Of a stretch of DNA of 40,764 nt, positions 22,441-36,082 are shown one piece after another. The notes beneath the pieces are model-generated. The model was not told the origin of the DNA. It was given only the letters and a program-made list of their open reading frames with translations, and ran no database searches. Every line of letters begins with the position of its first letter. The first letter of the stretch is position 1. The DNA is from Octopus bimaculoides (Eukaryota), in NCBI RefSeq assembly GCF_001194135.2, contig NC_068995.1, positions 21,116,570 through 21,157,333 on the forward strand. The letters run 5' to 3'. A program made the translations under genes and the position numbers.

Positions 22441-23184
22441 CATTTTTTCATACTCAGAACATTCTTTAGGATGGAACGCTCCGATAACATGAGCCGGTTG
22501 TTATGAGATTAAATTTATAATATTATACAAATAATATGTCCACTCTTTGAGTCGAAGCGTTTTTCTGACTTCGAATACTTACTGAATAGCGATATCTTTG
22601 CGTATTTGCCCACAAGTCTATGTAGTGTGTGTGAGTGCGTGTGTGTGTGTCTGTGTTTGTACGAGCGTTTGCACATGTGTCCATGCGCATTTGTTTGTTC
22701 GTGTGCGTACGTTTGTGTGTATGTGTGTGTGAGTTTGTGTGTGAGTGTGTGTGTGTTTAAATATATATATGTTTGCTTTTTTGTAAATTCCAACTACATA
22801 TATATATATATGTTATACATAAACAGAAAAGCACGCAGACACACTTATAGACATACCTGTATGCCTTACTATCTGTATATGCATATATGAAAGATATATT
22901 TAGAATAAAAAGAGAAAAGCATAAATGTTGTATATAGTTCATGATTTAAGTGTATTTAATAGCTGTCCCATTATAATAAAATCATTAAATTTATAATTAC
23001 ATAAAAGTGATACATAGTTAATTTTAATTAGCATAATTTAAATTAAATGAATAACAATTTTACATTTAATTGAAGGATTACTAAATACTTTCTGTAGAGT
23101 ACATATTTACTGCATATTTGTAAGATTAATGTTGACCATGGCTTCTAGCTTGCTTAGCTTTTAGGACGACGAAGATAAAAAGGA

Positions 23185-23367
<183 letters not shown>

Positions 23368-24031
23368 AGTGGATACGCCCCAGCCTCTAAATACACATCA
23401 ATAATTCCATAGTATCCGTGGAAATTATATAAATAGGGAATGACAGAAAATTGAATGAACTTCATTCTGTAATTAATATCATTTTGTTTTGGAACCTTTA
23501 TACACGTTTCGTACATTGATGAAACGCTGCGTAGTCATCGTTATACATCGAAGGAGTGAAATGCTTCTGCTGAGGTGATTGTTTAAATTCTTTCTTTAGA
23601 CCCTTTCATCAACTCACTCAATATGAGCATCCATACCTAAACTGATCTATCATTTTCAGCAGTTTACAGAGGAAACTATATCCATAGATATAGTGACAGA
23701 CAAAATACTATTATAATGAAAATACACCATACAGAAATAAGGAAACAGACAAAAATGGTGTCATTCTATTTTCATGATCAGATTATAAGGAAGAGAGTGT
23801 TAAACATAATGAAGAATGAAATGAAGAATAAAATTACGCATTTAGAGATGAGGTGGTGAATATTATTCATTCCATTACTTATCGACTGTGAATTTCAAAT
23901 AGCATAACTAGGGCTATATTTATTAGAGTGTAGAAACTGGAAAAAAGCAAGTAACTTTACTGTTTCTGTAATGAAATCAATAATAATGATAATTTCAAAA
24001 ATGACTTAGATTGCAGTTCATTATTGAGAAG

Positions 24032-24076
<45 letters not shown>

Positions 24077-24941
24077 GAGAGTGTGGAGGGGCGAGATTGG
24101 CTGATAGACAGGGAGATCTATTGTTATAAATACAACCACGTGTTAATCCAAGTCAAGTGCACGTATCGAAAAATACTGTGCGGATGGGAAAGGATCATGA
24201 ACGCTACAGCACAATGAATAAATAAACAACACAAAACTAACCAAAATGCATTCTGGATTAGACAACTGAGACTGATCATGCGCAGTCTAGGTGAGGGAGC
24301 GTGTCATCCTAAAGTAACTTGTTAGGAAAAATGTTTTTGCAACGAAACATCCATCGACATGGTCCTGAGAATCGAACACTTCCGTTTCTATGGTAAATAT
24401 TCTGAGCACATTTATCACCGGAAACAAGAATGAGCTTAGATTGCGATTGAGCAATAAGTTAATAAGTGGTTAAATGCAGCGTAGAGTGTATGTACATCTA
24501 TACTCTTAACTAGAGTACAACAGCTAAGAAGTCAATGAGAAACATAGATTAACTTATTCTAAGACTGTACATATTTCACGGCTCAGTCAGATGGAATGGA
24601 ATGCAATGATACATAATACTCCTTAATATGTTTCAATATATAATAACAATGATATTATAACATCTCCGGATATATTAAAAAGAATATACGAAAATAGAAA
24701 TACGAATATAAACTACGATTATATTTATACTTTAGAAATAGGTTCTTCAATACAATCGATTGCTTGGGGGTATAATCAAAATATACAGTCCCGCGGAGAA
24801 ATCTGTTTCTGATAAAATTTTCTAATGATAGATATACAAACAAAAAATATAAAACTGGCGTATATCTCCTTCTCTCACTCTCTTTCACACACACACCCAC
24901 TCACTCTCTTTCTTTCTTTTTCTCTCTCTCTCTCTCACACA

Positions 24942-24988
<47 letters not shown>

Positions 24989-25045
24989 CATAATTCGCTA
25001 CAAGTGTAGAGTCAAATGTTTTCAAGTAATATCTTTATTGGCAAT

Positions 25046-25235
25046 AAAGCGGCGAGCTAGTAGAATCGTTTGCAGGCCGGGAAAAATGCTTAGCGGCAAT
25101 TCGTCCGTCCTTAGGTTCCAAGTTTAAATTCCACCGAGGTTTACTTTATCTTTCATCGTTTCGGGGTCGATAAAATAAGTACCACCTGAGCACTGGGATC
25201 AATATAATCGAGTAGTCCCCCTCCCACGAACTAAA
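25046..25235 (+). mobile_element. SINE family A with a 14-bp target-site duplication, tail absent
   Basis: ATCTTTATTGGCAA at 25031-25044 and 25236-25249; body GCGGCGAGCTAGTAGAATCG...TTTCGGGGTCGATAAAATAAGTACCAC. Confidence 0.88.
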
Positions 25236-25360
25236 ATCTTTATTGGCAACGACGTCGAAGATTCACCGGTTGTACGACCTTTTTAAATAGTACAACGTTA
25301 AGGCCTGCAACATCATGAAAGAATATGTAAAAACAATAGCTGAGTCCATTTGAACATGCA

Positions 25361-25537
25361 TGCATTATTACATACGCTTCACTGTTGGAATAAGTCTTAT
25401 ACATGGCAACATTTTGTGAAGTCACCGTCAATAACATTACGCACTCACACACCACAACACACACACTCATTAATATGCGTCAATGTATTTTTACATAATG
25501 GTTCTTATTCTTCAGATTTTCAAAGGAATCTTCGGTA
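25361..25537. repeat. Unassigned dispersed repeat, inverted partner of 32433-32651
   Basis: 81-bp core differs at 13 positions by hand (about 84% identity); a second shared block lies beyond an internal CA-rich tract. Confidence 0.85.
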
Positions 25538-26706
25538 AGTACATACCTTACAAAAAGCATAGTCACTGAAAGTTGCTGCTGCTGGTTATACATCTGCTTA
25601 TTCAACAAATCTCTGATGATAGGCAGCCAGGCATAACTAACTAGTTTTTTTTTCCACTCTGGAAATAGCATTACATTATCGTAAAATTATCGTGATCAAA
25701 TAGAACTAACTGCTTTTTTTTTTTAGGAGATTGAGCGACCACGTAGGTTTTGTCTCGCAAGCTTGAAGTAACGAAACCAAAAAGATAACAAATAAGAATG
25801 AAAAAAAAGAAAGAAAAATACTGGGCTTTAAGTAAAATGGAATGGCTTCCATTGGGACCTAAACGCTGTCAAAGCGTTGGTTCTTGGAAGACGTATTTCT
25901 GTCTATACTATATCTGCTGTCAACTTTTATTATTATTTTTAATTTCTCCAATGTCAAACTGTTCTAATCTCAACAGAAAAAAAAAATGGAACGACAGAAA
26001 CCAACAACAACAATAACAAAACATCAACTGCAAAGCTCTAAAGCAACAAAGAAGTCAGCAAACAAAGGAAAAAGACAAACACTTTATTATTTTTTTTATT
26101 GAACTCAACGAAATTCTGTATCTGGAAATTCTCACCAATGTGTCCCTTGACAATAAGACTGTTGCAACTACACAACAAAATAACTCAGGAAACAGCCACG
26201 CCCTTTCGGCTCTATTATCTGCATGTGACAATTACGTGTCCTTTAGATGAGCTCTTCTATATACTTCTTTATTCCTTTGTGTGTCTTTGCGTGCACAGCC
26301 AGTGTTCGACTGTGCGTATGAGTGCGCACACTTATTACTGTATATGTGTGGATGTGTGTGAGTGGCAGCAATTGTGTTGACATATACTTCAGTGTATATG
26401 CAGTGTATGTACACGTTTAAATGTATATGTGAAAGTGAAAACGCATACGAGTTAGCGTGTATTGCCATTTTACCCTACTTTGTGTCGGTCGGCGAGTAGT
26501 TGCGCTGCTACTCCGTCTGAAACACATGCGTGTCATCGTCGATCACGCACACACACAGGAGCACGCACGCACGCAGACCCACGCATGCACGCACATACAC
26601 ACACGTTTATATGGTAATGTGTATCGTGAAAAATATAATACATGTTTGCGCACATATATGGAAATCTATATATGTATATGTATTTATTTATATATGCATA
26701 AATATG

Positions 26707-26737
<31 letters not shown>

Positions 26738-27399
26738 CTGTGTCTGTATACACACACATACATATATGTATACACACACGCACATACACACACTCACACA
26801 CACAAGTGATTACTCGGATATTTTTAGTGTATATTTGTCTGTGCATGTGTTTGTGCGTCTGCGTGTGTGTTTGTTTCTCCCTATTTTTCCCCTTTTTCTG
26901 AATGTAGCCATACGCCACATTTCAATTCATATGTAAGTGTTATGGCAAGTATACCACTGAAAGCGCACGCATATATACGTGTACTTATTTTCCCCTCTGC
27001 GTTCGAGTTCCCGTGTATAGACAAGTTAGGTTCTTGTTTGTATATAGCTGAAGCTAGTAAAATAGACCGGCCATCTTGCTGCTGACTTCAGGTTAAAGTG
27101 AGAATAACAAGTTTGTAGAACTAATACGCTTCACAATATCTGAATAGTTGTACAAATACAAAACACAAAAACAACATCTGTTTGCCCATGCAAAGCTGAC
27201 TTACTTTCATCGATACTGAACTCATGGATGTTTGAGTGCATAATGCAAGTCGTTAAAAAAGAAAAAAAAAACTAGTACACGTGCAGTTTCTCTCAGATAA
27301 TGTATGATCAATACGTATGTATATGAAAGCATACGGGAACGTAGACATTCGTATATTAGTGTTGTTTTATATGTACTTCACCTCCGCACAGGCGATCCT

Positions 27400-27483
27400 G
27401 TCTATCTATCTATCTATCTATCTATCTAGCTATCTATCTATCTATCTATCTATGTCTCTTTCTTTCTCTTTCTGTATTTCTCT

Positions 27484-27547
<64 letters not shown>
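27400..27547. repeat. (TCTA)n-(CT)n-(TA)n compound microsatellite
   Basis: Directly visible, runs into a gap. Confidence 0.94.
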
Positions 27548-28648
27548 NNNNNNNNNNNNNNNNNNNNNNNNNNNNNNNNNNNNNNNNNNNNNNNNNNNNN
27601 NNNNNNNNNNNNNNNNNNNNNNNNNNNNNNNNNNNNNNNNNNNNNNNNNNNNNNNNNNNNNNNNNNNNNNNNNNNNNNNNNNNNNNNNNNNNNNNNNNNN
27701 NNNNNNNNNNNNATATATATCGCAGGTTCTGCGAAAGGTGGATCCTGAACATTTATATATATAAGATATAGGTGCGTATGTGTGTGTGTGTGAGTGTGTG
27801 TGTGTAATGTTCCCTTCGTGGATGTGCATTAATATAAGGGAGATAACCATTATCTGCCATAAGACGAGGTTAGATATTTAATTTTAAAATTTAGGAATTA
27901 CGGGGAAGATGCAGAGAATTCACATACTGACATTTTTTTTTTTTATTTCTGCTTGTTTTCCATAATAAAATTTTGAACAATACTTTCTTTGGTTTAATTT
28001 CTTATATCATGACAAGCGTGTGAGGATTTCTTTATATCAATGTATTTACAAATATTTGCATGCATTTATTTATACACACGCGCACGTACACACAAACACA
28101 TGTACACATATTTACACACACACGAGCAGACTCAAACGTTCAAACACACACATACACATATATGCATATAGATTAATTATAAGATTAATTAGAATCTGCG
28201 CACATCAACAGGTAGGACACCAGAAATGGCCAGGTAGAATAAGATAGGGGTTCCTATTGATGCAAGAGAACCATGAAGGTATCATTTATTGGTAGAATAC
28301 TGTAAATAAGGAAGTACCGAATGCAATTTAAATTGTAGTGCCGATTCAGGGACGGTTATAGGAGAGGCGTAGCTTAAGAAAAGAGCACCAAAGGGTTTTA
28401 AATTTACGATGTCTTTTTCGGGGGAATTTTATCGATTTATTCATGGATTACATCATAATGTAATCATTAATACAAGAAACACAGACATGTTGCAGCCAAG
28501 AGACATCCTAAGGTCATTAAAGCCAGGAAATAAAAGAGAGTGATCCTCAGGGGAGCAAAAAGTCATAAAACTGTCATCGCCTTTTCACGAATGTACACAC
28601 GCATACACACATAAGAAAATGTGCCTGCGTGTAGACAAATATATATAC

Positions 28649-28712
<64 letters not shown>

Positions 28713-28756
28713 CCTGAACAGAATAAGCTACCCCGATTTTGCAGAAAAAAGTGTTG

Positions 28757-29662
28757 ACAAGATCTCGTCATAAGTATCTGGACTTTTGCCATAATAACGA
28801 AGCTAAAGCACGCAGAGTAAAGCCGCTTGGCAAAGATTGACTTGGACTTTGGTGTGCATGCCTACCAAGTCGTAACGTTCGAGCTTACTTCCGCTGTTTA
28901 CAGCAGTGCTTGGAAGGAACTTGTGTAGTGAGTGAACGTCGTATTGACCGTCACAGAGAAAGTTGTCATGGCGATACCTGCTGAAAGGCCTACGCAAAGT
29001 TGCAAAAAGTGTATGGAAGGATAAGTATGAGACGCTCACAAGTGTACGAGTGGTTCAGACGTTTCCAAGTTGGTCGAAAGAATGTCGATATTGACGAATG
29101 TTTTGGGAGGCCTGCAACCAGCAGGAATGAGAAAAAACATCGCAGATGTGCGAGCAACTGTGAGCGGAAATCGTCAAATCACCACCCATGAGCTATTAGA
29201 GGATGTGTAAATTAGTTACGGTTCAGTTCAGTCCATTATCACTGAAGATTTGGGTACGAGACGCGTGTCTGCCAAGTTTGTGCCAAAACTCCTTTCAGCA
29301 AACCAGAAAGACACTCGGGTGTTGCACAAGACCTCCTTAATTGTGTCGTGAACGCTGAAATCTTTTTGAAAAGCCTGCGTAGGCCTCTCAGCACGTACTG
29401 CCAAGCTTTAGACAAAATTTGATGCAGATTCTCTGCTCAACTTTCTCTGTCATGGTAATGCGACGACCACACACCTTCATTCCAAGAACTAATGAAAACA
29501 GCGGAAGTGAGGCTAGAACATTAAAACTTAGATCGCATGCACAACAGCATTTAAACTCATTCTGTGCCAAGCGGCTTTATTCTGCGTGCTTTAGATTCGT
29601 CATTATGCTAAAAGTCCAGATAATTATTGATGAGACTACGCATACTTATTGATGAGACCTGA
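28757..29662 (+). mobile_element. Mariner-derived non-autonomous element with long (about 240-265 bp) inverted arms
   Basis: Centre 28987-29375 encodes AYAKLQKVYG...SQVYEWFRRFQVGRKNVDIDE..GRPATSR/NIADVR...ITEDLGTRRVSAKFVPKLL (mariner HTH and linker). Right arm encodes MTEKVEQRICIKFCLKLG on the minus strand. Termini TCTCGTCATAAGTATCTGGACTTTT versus TCTCATCAATAATTATCTGGACTTTT. Confidence 0.9.
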
Positions 29663-30407
29663 TGTGAAATCGTGTGCCGAAACCGATAGAGTTCTATTTC
29701 GGGATGGCCATTTTATTTTTTTTCTTGGTCAAATAAACACACGCACTATATATTTTTTCTTCAATTGTTTATTACTGTCCTTATTTTATTACTTTAACTC
29801 ATGTCTATTTTCAGGGAATCTTTCGTCACGCATCTGTGACCTCTTCAGCGACACTTTTCGTTTTCGTATGTGTTCTTGCTCCACTTACTCCAATGAAGTA
29901 AGTGAAGAACAATAATATATATACATATATACATACATACATATATATAGAGAGAGACACACACACATATATATGCACATACGCACACACACTCACACAC
30001 ACACATATATACACATATATACATATATACGCACAAATACACGCATGCGCAGCCCGTCACAACACAAATAGTGAAAATGGTATAAAGAGAGGAAAGCGAG
30101 CTTATCATGTATTGGGAGAAATGAAACCGTTCGGACAATGTCCTTCATCATGGAAAAAGTTGTTGATGGGAGATAAATTAATTACAGACAGTAGAATTTT
30201 ATGCCTCAGAAGACGTATAATTTTACTGTCTGCCATTGATCCATTAATTTCCCTCTTGTCAAAGTTACCCGGAAGAAAAACTCTTTCCGAAACCTTGCAA
30301 TTCCCACTCTACACAGCAAATTCACTGTCCTCTCTTTATTGATTTTATTAAATAATACAAACCATGCTGATACACACCAACACCAAACACTTTGGAGACT
30401 TTTTGTT

Positions 30408-30415
<8 letters not shown>

Positions 30416-30480
<65 letters not shown>
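30416..30480. repeat. (TG)n microsatellite running into a gap
   Basis: Directly visible. Confidence 0.96.
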
Positions 30481-31181
30481 NNNNNNNNNNNNNNNNNNNN
30501 NNNNNNNNNNNNNNNNNNNNNNNNNNNNNNNNNNNNNNNNNNNNNNNNNNNNNNNNNNNNNNNNNNNNNNNNNNNNNNNNNNNNNNNNNNNNNNNNNNNN
30601 NNNNNNNNNNNNNNNNNNNNNNNNNNNNNNNNNNNNNNNNNNNNNNNNNNNNNNNNNNNNNNNNNNNNNNNNNNNNNNNNNNNNNNNNNNNNNNNNNNNN
30701 NNNNNNNNNNNNNNNNNNNNNNNNNNNNNNNNNNNNNNNNNNNNNNNNNNNNNNNNNNNNNNNNNNNNNNNNNNNNNNNNNNNNNNNNNNNNNNNNNNNN
30801 NNNNNNNNNNNNNNNNNNNNNNNNNNNNNNNNNNNNNNNNNNNNNNNNNNNNNNNNNNNNNNNNNNNNNNNNNNNNNNNNNNNNNNNNNNNNNNNNNNNN
30901 NNNNNNNNNNNNNNNNNNNNNNNNNNNNNNNNNNNNNNNNNNNNNNNNNNNNNNNNNNNNNNNNNNNNNNNNNNNNNNNNNNNNNNNNNNNNNNNNNNNN
31001 NNNNNNNNNNNNNNNNNNNNNNNNNNNNNNNNNNNNNNNNNNNNNNNNNNNNNNNNNNNNNNNNNNNNNNNNNNNNNNNNNNNNNNNNNNNNNNNNNNNN
31101 NNNNNNNNNNNNNNNNNNNNNNNNNNNNNNNNNNNNNNNNNNNNNNNNNNNNNNNNNNNNNNNNNNNNNNNNNNNNNNNNN

Positions 31182-31219
<38 letters not shown>

Positions 31220-32432
31220 AATGGTTGGACAGACGGAATATATGCGATAGGAAAATCTTTATTGGTTCCTACAAACGCTTCGACCTATCTAGCGTCGATC
31301 CCTCGCGGGTGGGATACTCTAGAACTGTTTAGGTGTATTCTTTCTAATCTACACTCCATCGTAGACTACACATGCATGCAATTATCGACTGCAGGTACAA
31401 CCAACTTGCCTAGATAGAATATACAATCATATACTACTTTATATACAAAGAATTCTTGGTGTGATGTCGACTTTTGTTGTTTATTGTATTGCGTAATCAC
31501 ACTTGCCTTGTCTTCTTAAATATAACGTTCTCGTGTCCGTGTGTCTAATTCATCTATGTGTACTTATACGGTTACGTATCCACAATTTTATACATCTATG
31601 TGCCTATTCGTATACACTTCTATGGATGTGGATGTATCTTTGTACAGAAATGTGTGAAAGTATATGTGTGAGAAAATAAATCCACGAAGATGCGTCTATG
31701 TGTGTATGTTATCGTGGCTACGTATACGTTTAGATATATACATAGAACTGTATAGTTATGAACGTGTGCGTACGTATACATATAGCAATATACTACGCTG
31801 GACTGTGTGAAAATGTGTGTGTGAATACGTATGAGTATATTTCGATATTTATGTTTGGAATTATTAGTGTACAAATGCCATAAATATACTGGATGAAGAC
31901 CCAGTGGAGCGCAGCACAGTATGTGTGATTCCTTACCTAGCGGTACCGTATCTCTAGCCATTAATCGACACCGACTTTATTAATGCTTACTTAATTCTGT
32001 GTGCGAGCGTGTGTAAGTGCACCAGATCACGAATGTGTGAACGTTTGTACATCCCGATCTACTAATGGCTATATGTAATAATTTTTTCGCTTTATTATAT
32101 ATTTGTTTCTTTTTGTATCTAGCTTTTGCTATTGAACATCTATAAGAATGAAACTGTATCCGCCAATTTGACATTTCTATCTACGAAAAACAAGAAAAAG
32201 ACATGAAGGAATAAGTTGTGCGAAACGGAGTTCATTTTAACAAGATAGCTCTTGAAATCACCTGAGGTGACACATCTACACAGAGCAATACACCTAAACC
32301 AGTTATGCAGTACACCACCTGCGATGGATCGATGGTAAATGGGTAGAAACCATAGCAGTAATCTTATAAAGATTCTCGTATCTTTCATCATCCATCTCTC
32401 TCATTTAATTAATACCCAACGAACACTGAGCC

Positions 32433-32496
32433 TACTAAAGATTTCTCTGTAAATCTGCAGAGTAAGAACTATCATGAAAAAATGCGTAGACGCATA

Positions 32497-32533
<37 letters not shown>

Positions 32534-32651
32534 TTGTCTGTGTCGGTGAGTGTGTTGTGTGCTGCAAAAACGTAATGTTGTTGACGGTGACTTCGCAAAA
32601 TTTTGCCATTTTTAAGACTTGCACCAACAGTAAAACGTATGTTGTAATGCA
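32433..32651. repeat. Unassigned dispersed repeat, inverted partner of 25361-25537
   Basis: GTAATGTTGTTGACGGTGACTTCGCAAAAT...AACAGTAAAACGTATGTTGTAATGCA matches the reverse complement of 25361-25440. Confidence 0.85.
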
Positions 32652-32729
32652 AGATTTACTAACTACTAACTAACAAACTATATGCATACATTTATATATA
32701 ATATGTATATATATATGGACAAACAGCTC

Positions 32730-32776
<47 letters not shown>

Positions 32777-33301
32777 ACACACACACATACACACACTTAC
32801 ACAAAGAAAACACACGCACATACATCTAACCGTGTATATTTATCAGCTTGTATGTTTCTCTATCATTTGTACAAATATCCCATGATTACAGAAATGCGAG
32901 TGGATATTTCCAAATGAAGCATTGTGAATTTCAATGTCTAACTGAAGATTCATAACAATTATAGTATAGATTCGTATCTGCTTTCAGCATTTGAATGACC
33001 TACGTAAATGGACGCTGAGTATTGTTACTACACACTTTCACTTTTTCAGCAAAGCAACTGTTTTAAATGCGCTTATAAACACATAGATAAACAAACCTCC
33101 CACATATAAATATATATATTTCGTGGTGTACTGCACATCATTCTGACTTCGCACAGTTTCAAAGGAATATCAGTTGTTTTTTTCCCAAAAGAAGGAACTG
33201 ATGGGCCGTCCCTACACCTGCATTTCTAATTTTCTCAAGAGTGGGCCCCGTGGCACTTAACATGTTGTTTCTAAGCCAGAGAAACAAAAGCGCGCGCGCG
33301 C

Positions 33302-33335
<34 letters not shown>

Positions 33336-35747
33336 TGTAGAAACGCAGTGAATATTTTCCAACGATGTATTGAATCTGCCAATTTGTTATTCGTCAGTCG
33401 ATCTCTCTCTCTCTGTATCACTTCTCATTTTCCACATTTATTCCTATCAATATGTATAAGTTTAATTATCAGTTGATATCCATTCTGTTCATATATCTAC
33501 CTCACTCAGCTATTTCCTTTACCTCCCCGCCATCCCTTAAGCGCTGATCCCGTATCTCTCTGTTATATGTTGTGAATCGCCAGCAAATGTGTGAATAACA
33601 CATCTAGTTTTAATACAAGTAATTCTAATTGCCGATTCGTGTCTGAAAACTAACGACTGTATGAGCTGTTATGAATTGGTATTTTTATCTTAAATTCTTC
33701 TCAATCAAATATATTCTTAGGAAAATCATGAAACATTTCCAATTACACATTTCATGGTCCACCCTACAAGTAACGTCATTGAATCCACAATAATTCAATA
33801 TTAAGATCAACAGGAGATTAGACGGAACAAAAGATAAAAACCGCTACCAGTCGTGTCTACGAGCTGTTGGTGCATTGCTGCAGCTGCTATTGATATATTT
33901 GTTACTCTTTATTTCCAGTTTAGCTCCGTGACCAACTACAAGATAAGTTCACACGAGCTTTCTTTTAGATATACCACATTATCGCCTATCGTACGGCCAT
34001 AGTGGATGCCATTCTGTGCAGAGGGTAATGGTATTGCATACCAAAGATGTCTAGTTGAGATCCATACCGGACACGACGATACATAACGGTTGGTAATATT
34101 CGGTGCTGTCTGACAATTGAATGTCGTATGAACTCAACTGTTTAGTCTGTTTCTGTACAGCTGTCATGTAACTGTTGCTATTTTGTTTCAATCAACTCTA
34201 ATTGAGGAGACTTAGAAGGAAAATCATACTAACTGATACTATCCCGTCTACTTTTCTCTCATGTATCCTTTAAAACTATATTATTCAATGTTGTCATCCA
34301 TTTCTTAAGATGGTAGGAAGTAATATAAGAGGAATTTCAGTACTGTTCATCCAAGTCATGTGACCAGGTAGGAGTCTCTTCATTTACCTGTAGAGATTGG
34401 TTAAGTAAACTTAATCAGAGATCACTCGATTTGATTCCCAATTCATTTATCTCTTGTATATCGCAGTATTGTATTTGAGAAACTCATAAATCGCCATGGA
34501 ATCTCACTTTCCTAACAATAATAAATTAGAATTGTTGGACCCGATAATCCTAGCCGTTAAAATTAACAGCAAACAAGTTGACCGATAAGAATATAAAGGA
34601 ATTTTTGAAAGTGATAAGAATGCAGCTCTCAAACTAGTGAAAAGACAAAAAGATAAAACTAAGTGGTATGAGCGAAAAACTGTCATTTCTTGAATGCTTT
34701 TGGTAAACCAACAAGAAAACATGAAGACAAGTTGGCTTCAGAGAATCCACAACTACTTTATTGTTTGGTCGACGTAACCAAACTTGGAAGTTTCTCCAGC
34801 CATTTCAAGTAGGTGTAGAAGTTACGCAAATGTTTCGGTGAATAATTTTTCATACCTTGTTATAATCGCACAAACTATAGGCGAAAAAGTACACCGACAT
34901 ATGCCCGTTCTGTTTTATTCGCTCTCAAATGATTAATTTTGTTTCTTTGCAGAATTCGAACTTACGGTACAGAGAGAAAAGACTTCATACTTCAAAGGGT
35001 TTCGACTTTATTTCTCCGATCTGTTTTCAGACCTTACTAAAATTGACATTATAGATCATACATGTGGGGTGATGAATTATCGATAGGTAAATATATTTAG
35101 GTCGATTCAGTTAGTTCCACTTTGAATGGATTAGGCTTCCATTCCTCATAAGGCGACAAACACAGAATGAAAAAAAAAACTGCGTATTATTGTTTGAAAT
35201 CTTCCACTTTCACACTGATTCGGTTAGTATCATCTGTAACTTACCATTATATTCAAAATACAATGCCTACATCCTACGAAAAGTGCATCGTAGGTGTGGA
35301 TTAACAACGACCTTGATCTGGTGTGATATAGTTCCACAGTTAGCACAGGTCTTTGGCAAAAACATTTAGAAATTACTTTGAAGTCGCAACTTCCAGTTTC
35401 AGCTTTATGAATATGTCAGAACTCATACATTGAACAGAGCGTTGGAACTGAAAATAGATGCAAGTCTCATTCGATTGTATAATGTAATTTAATTTCCACG
35501 ATACGTTCTGTATAAGCTGTCCAAGAAATTTAGTTGATAAACGAGAGTATATTCTGGACCTACTATATGTAATTGTAGTTGGGTATATGGAAACAACGCT
35601 AAATATATTCAGCGTGAAAATACATTAAGCATGTATGTGTAAAACATGCATGAGTCATTCAGCTATAACATAGGTGTTGTAACTAACTGCACATGAAATG
35701 AATTTTCCAATAACTGTGGATGATTGCGCGTATAGAGAATATACGTT

Positions 35748-35785
<38 letters not shown>

Positions 35786-35925
35786 CAGGGAGAACAAAGA
35801 GACGCTGAAAGAGATCTATATGCTAATTTTGTCGATACGTATATTGCATAAATATTCAGCGCAGAACATCATATAGCAAATGGCACATACATAATACACA
35901 CATGCACATAGAAATGCGTGTGTGG

Positions 35926-35929
<4 letters not shown>

Positions 35930-35977
<48 letters not shown>

Positions 35978-36013
35978 CAGTGTGTGTGTATATATATATA
36001 TGTATGCATGTTT

Positions 36014-36059
<46 letters not shown>

Positions 36060-36082
36060 CGTGTGTGTGTGTGTGTGTGTGC
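35930..36082. repeat. Alternating (TA)n/(TG)n compound array
   Basis: Directly visible; the TA-then-TG pattern occurs twice. Confidence 0.93.

Noticed and set aside
27190-27270. Minus-strand GTAAGT donor near 27200
   Set aside because: No suitable acceptor or open frame upstream.
29902-30342. 146-aa ORF as a host gene
   Set aside because: First third is CA/TA repeat, the remainder has no recognisable motif, and there is no splice support.
31278-31312. GAC...GTC-GAAGC hammerhead-like arrangement on the minus strand
   Set aside because: Both core boxes deviate; too degenerate to support.
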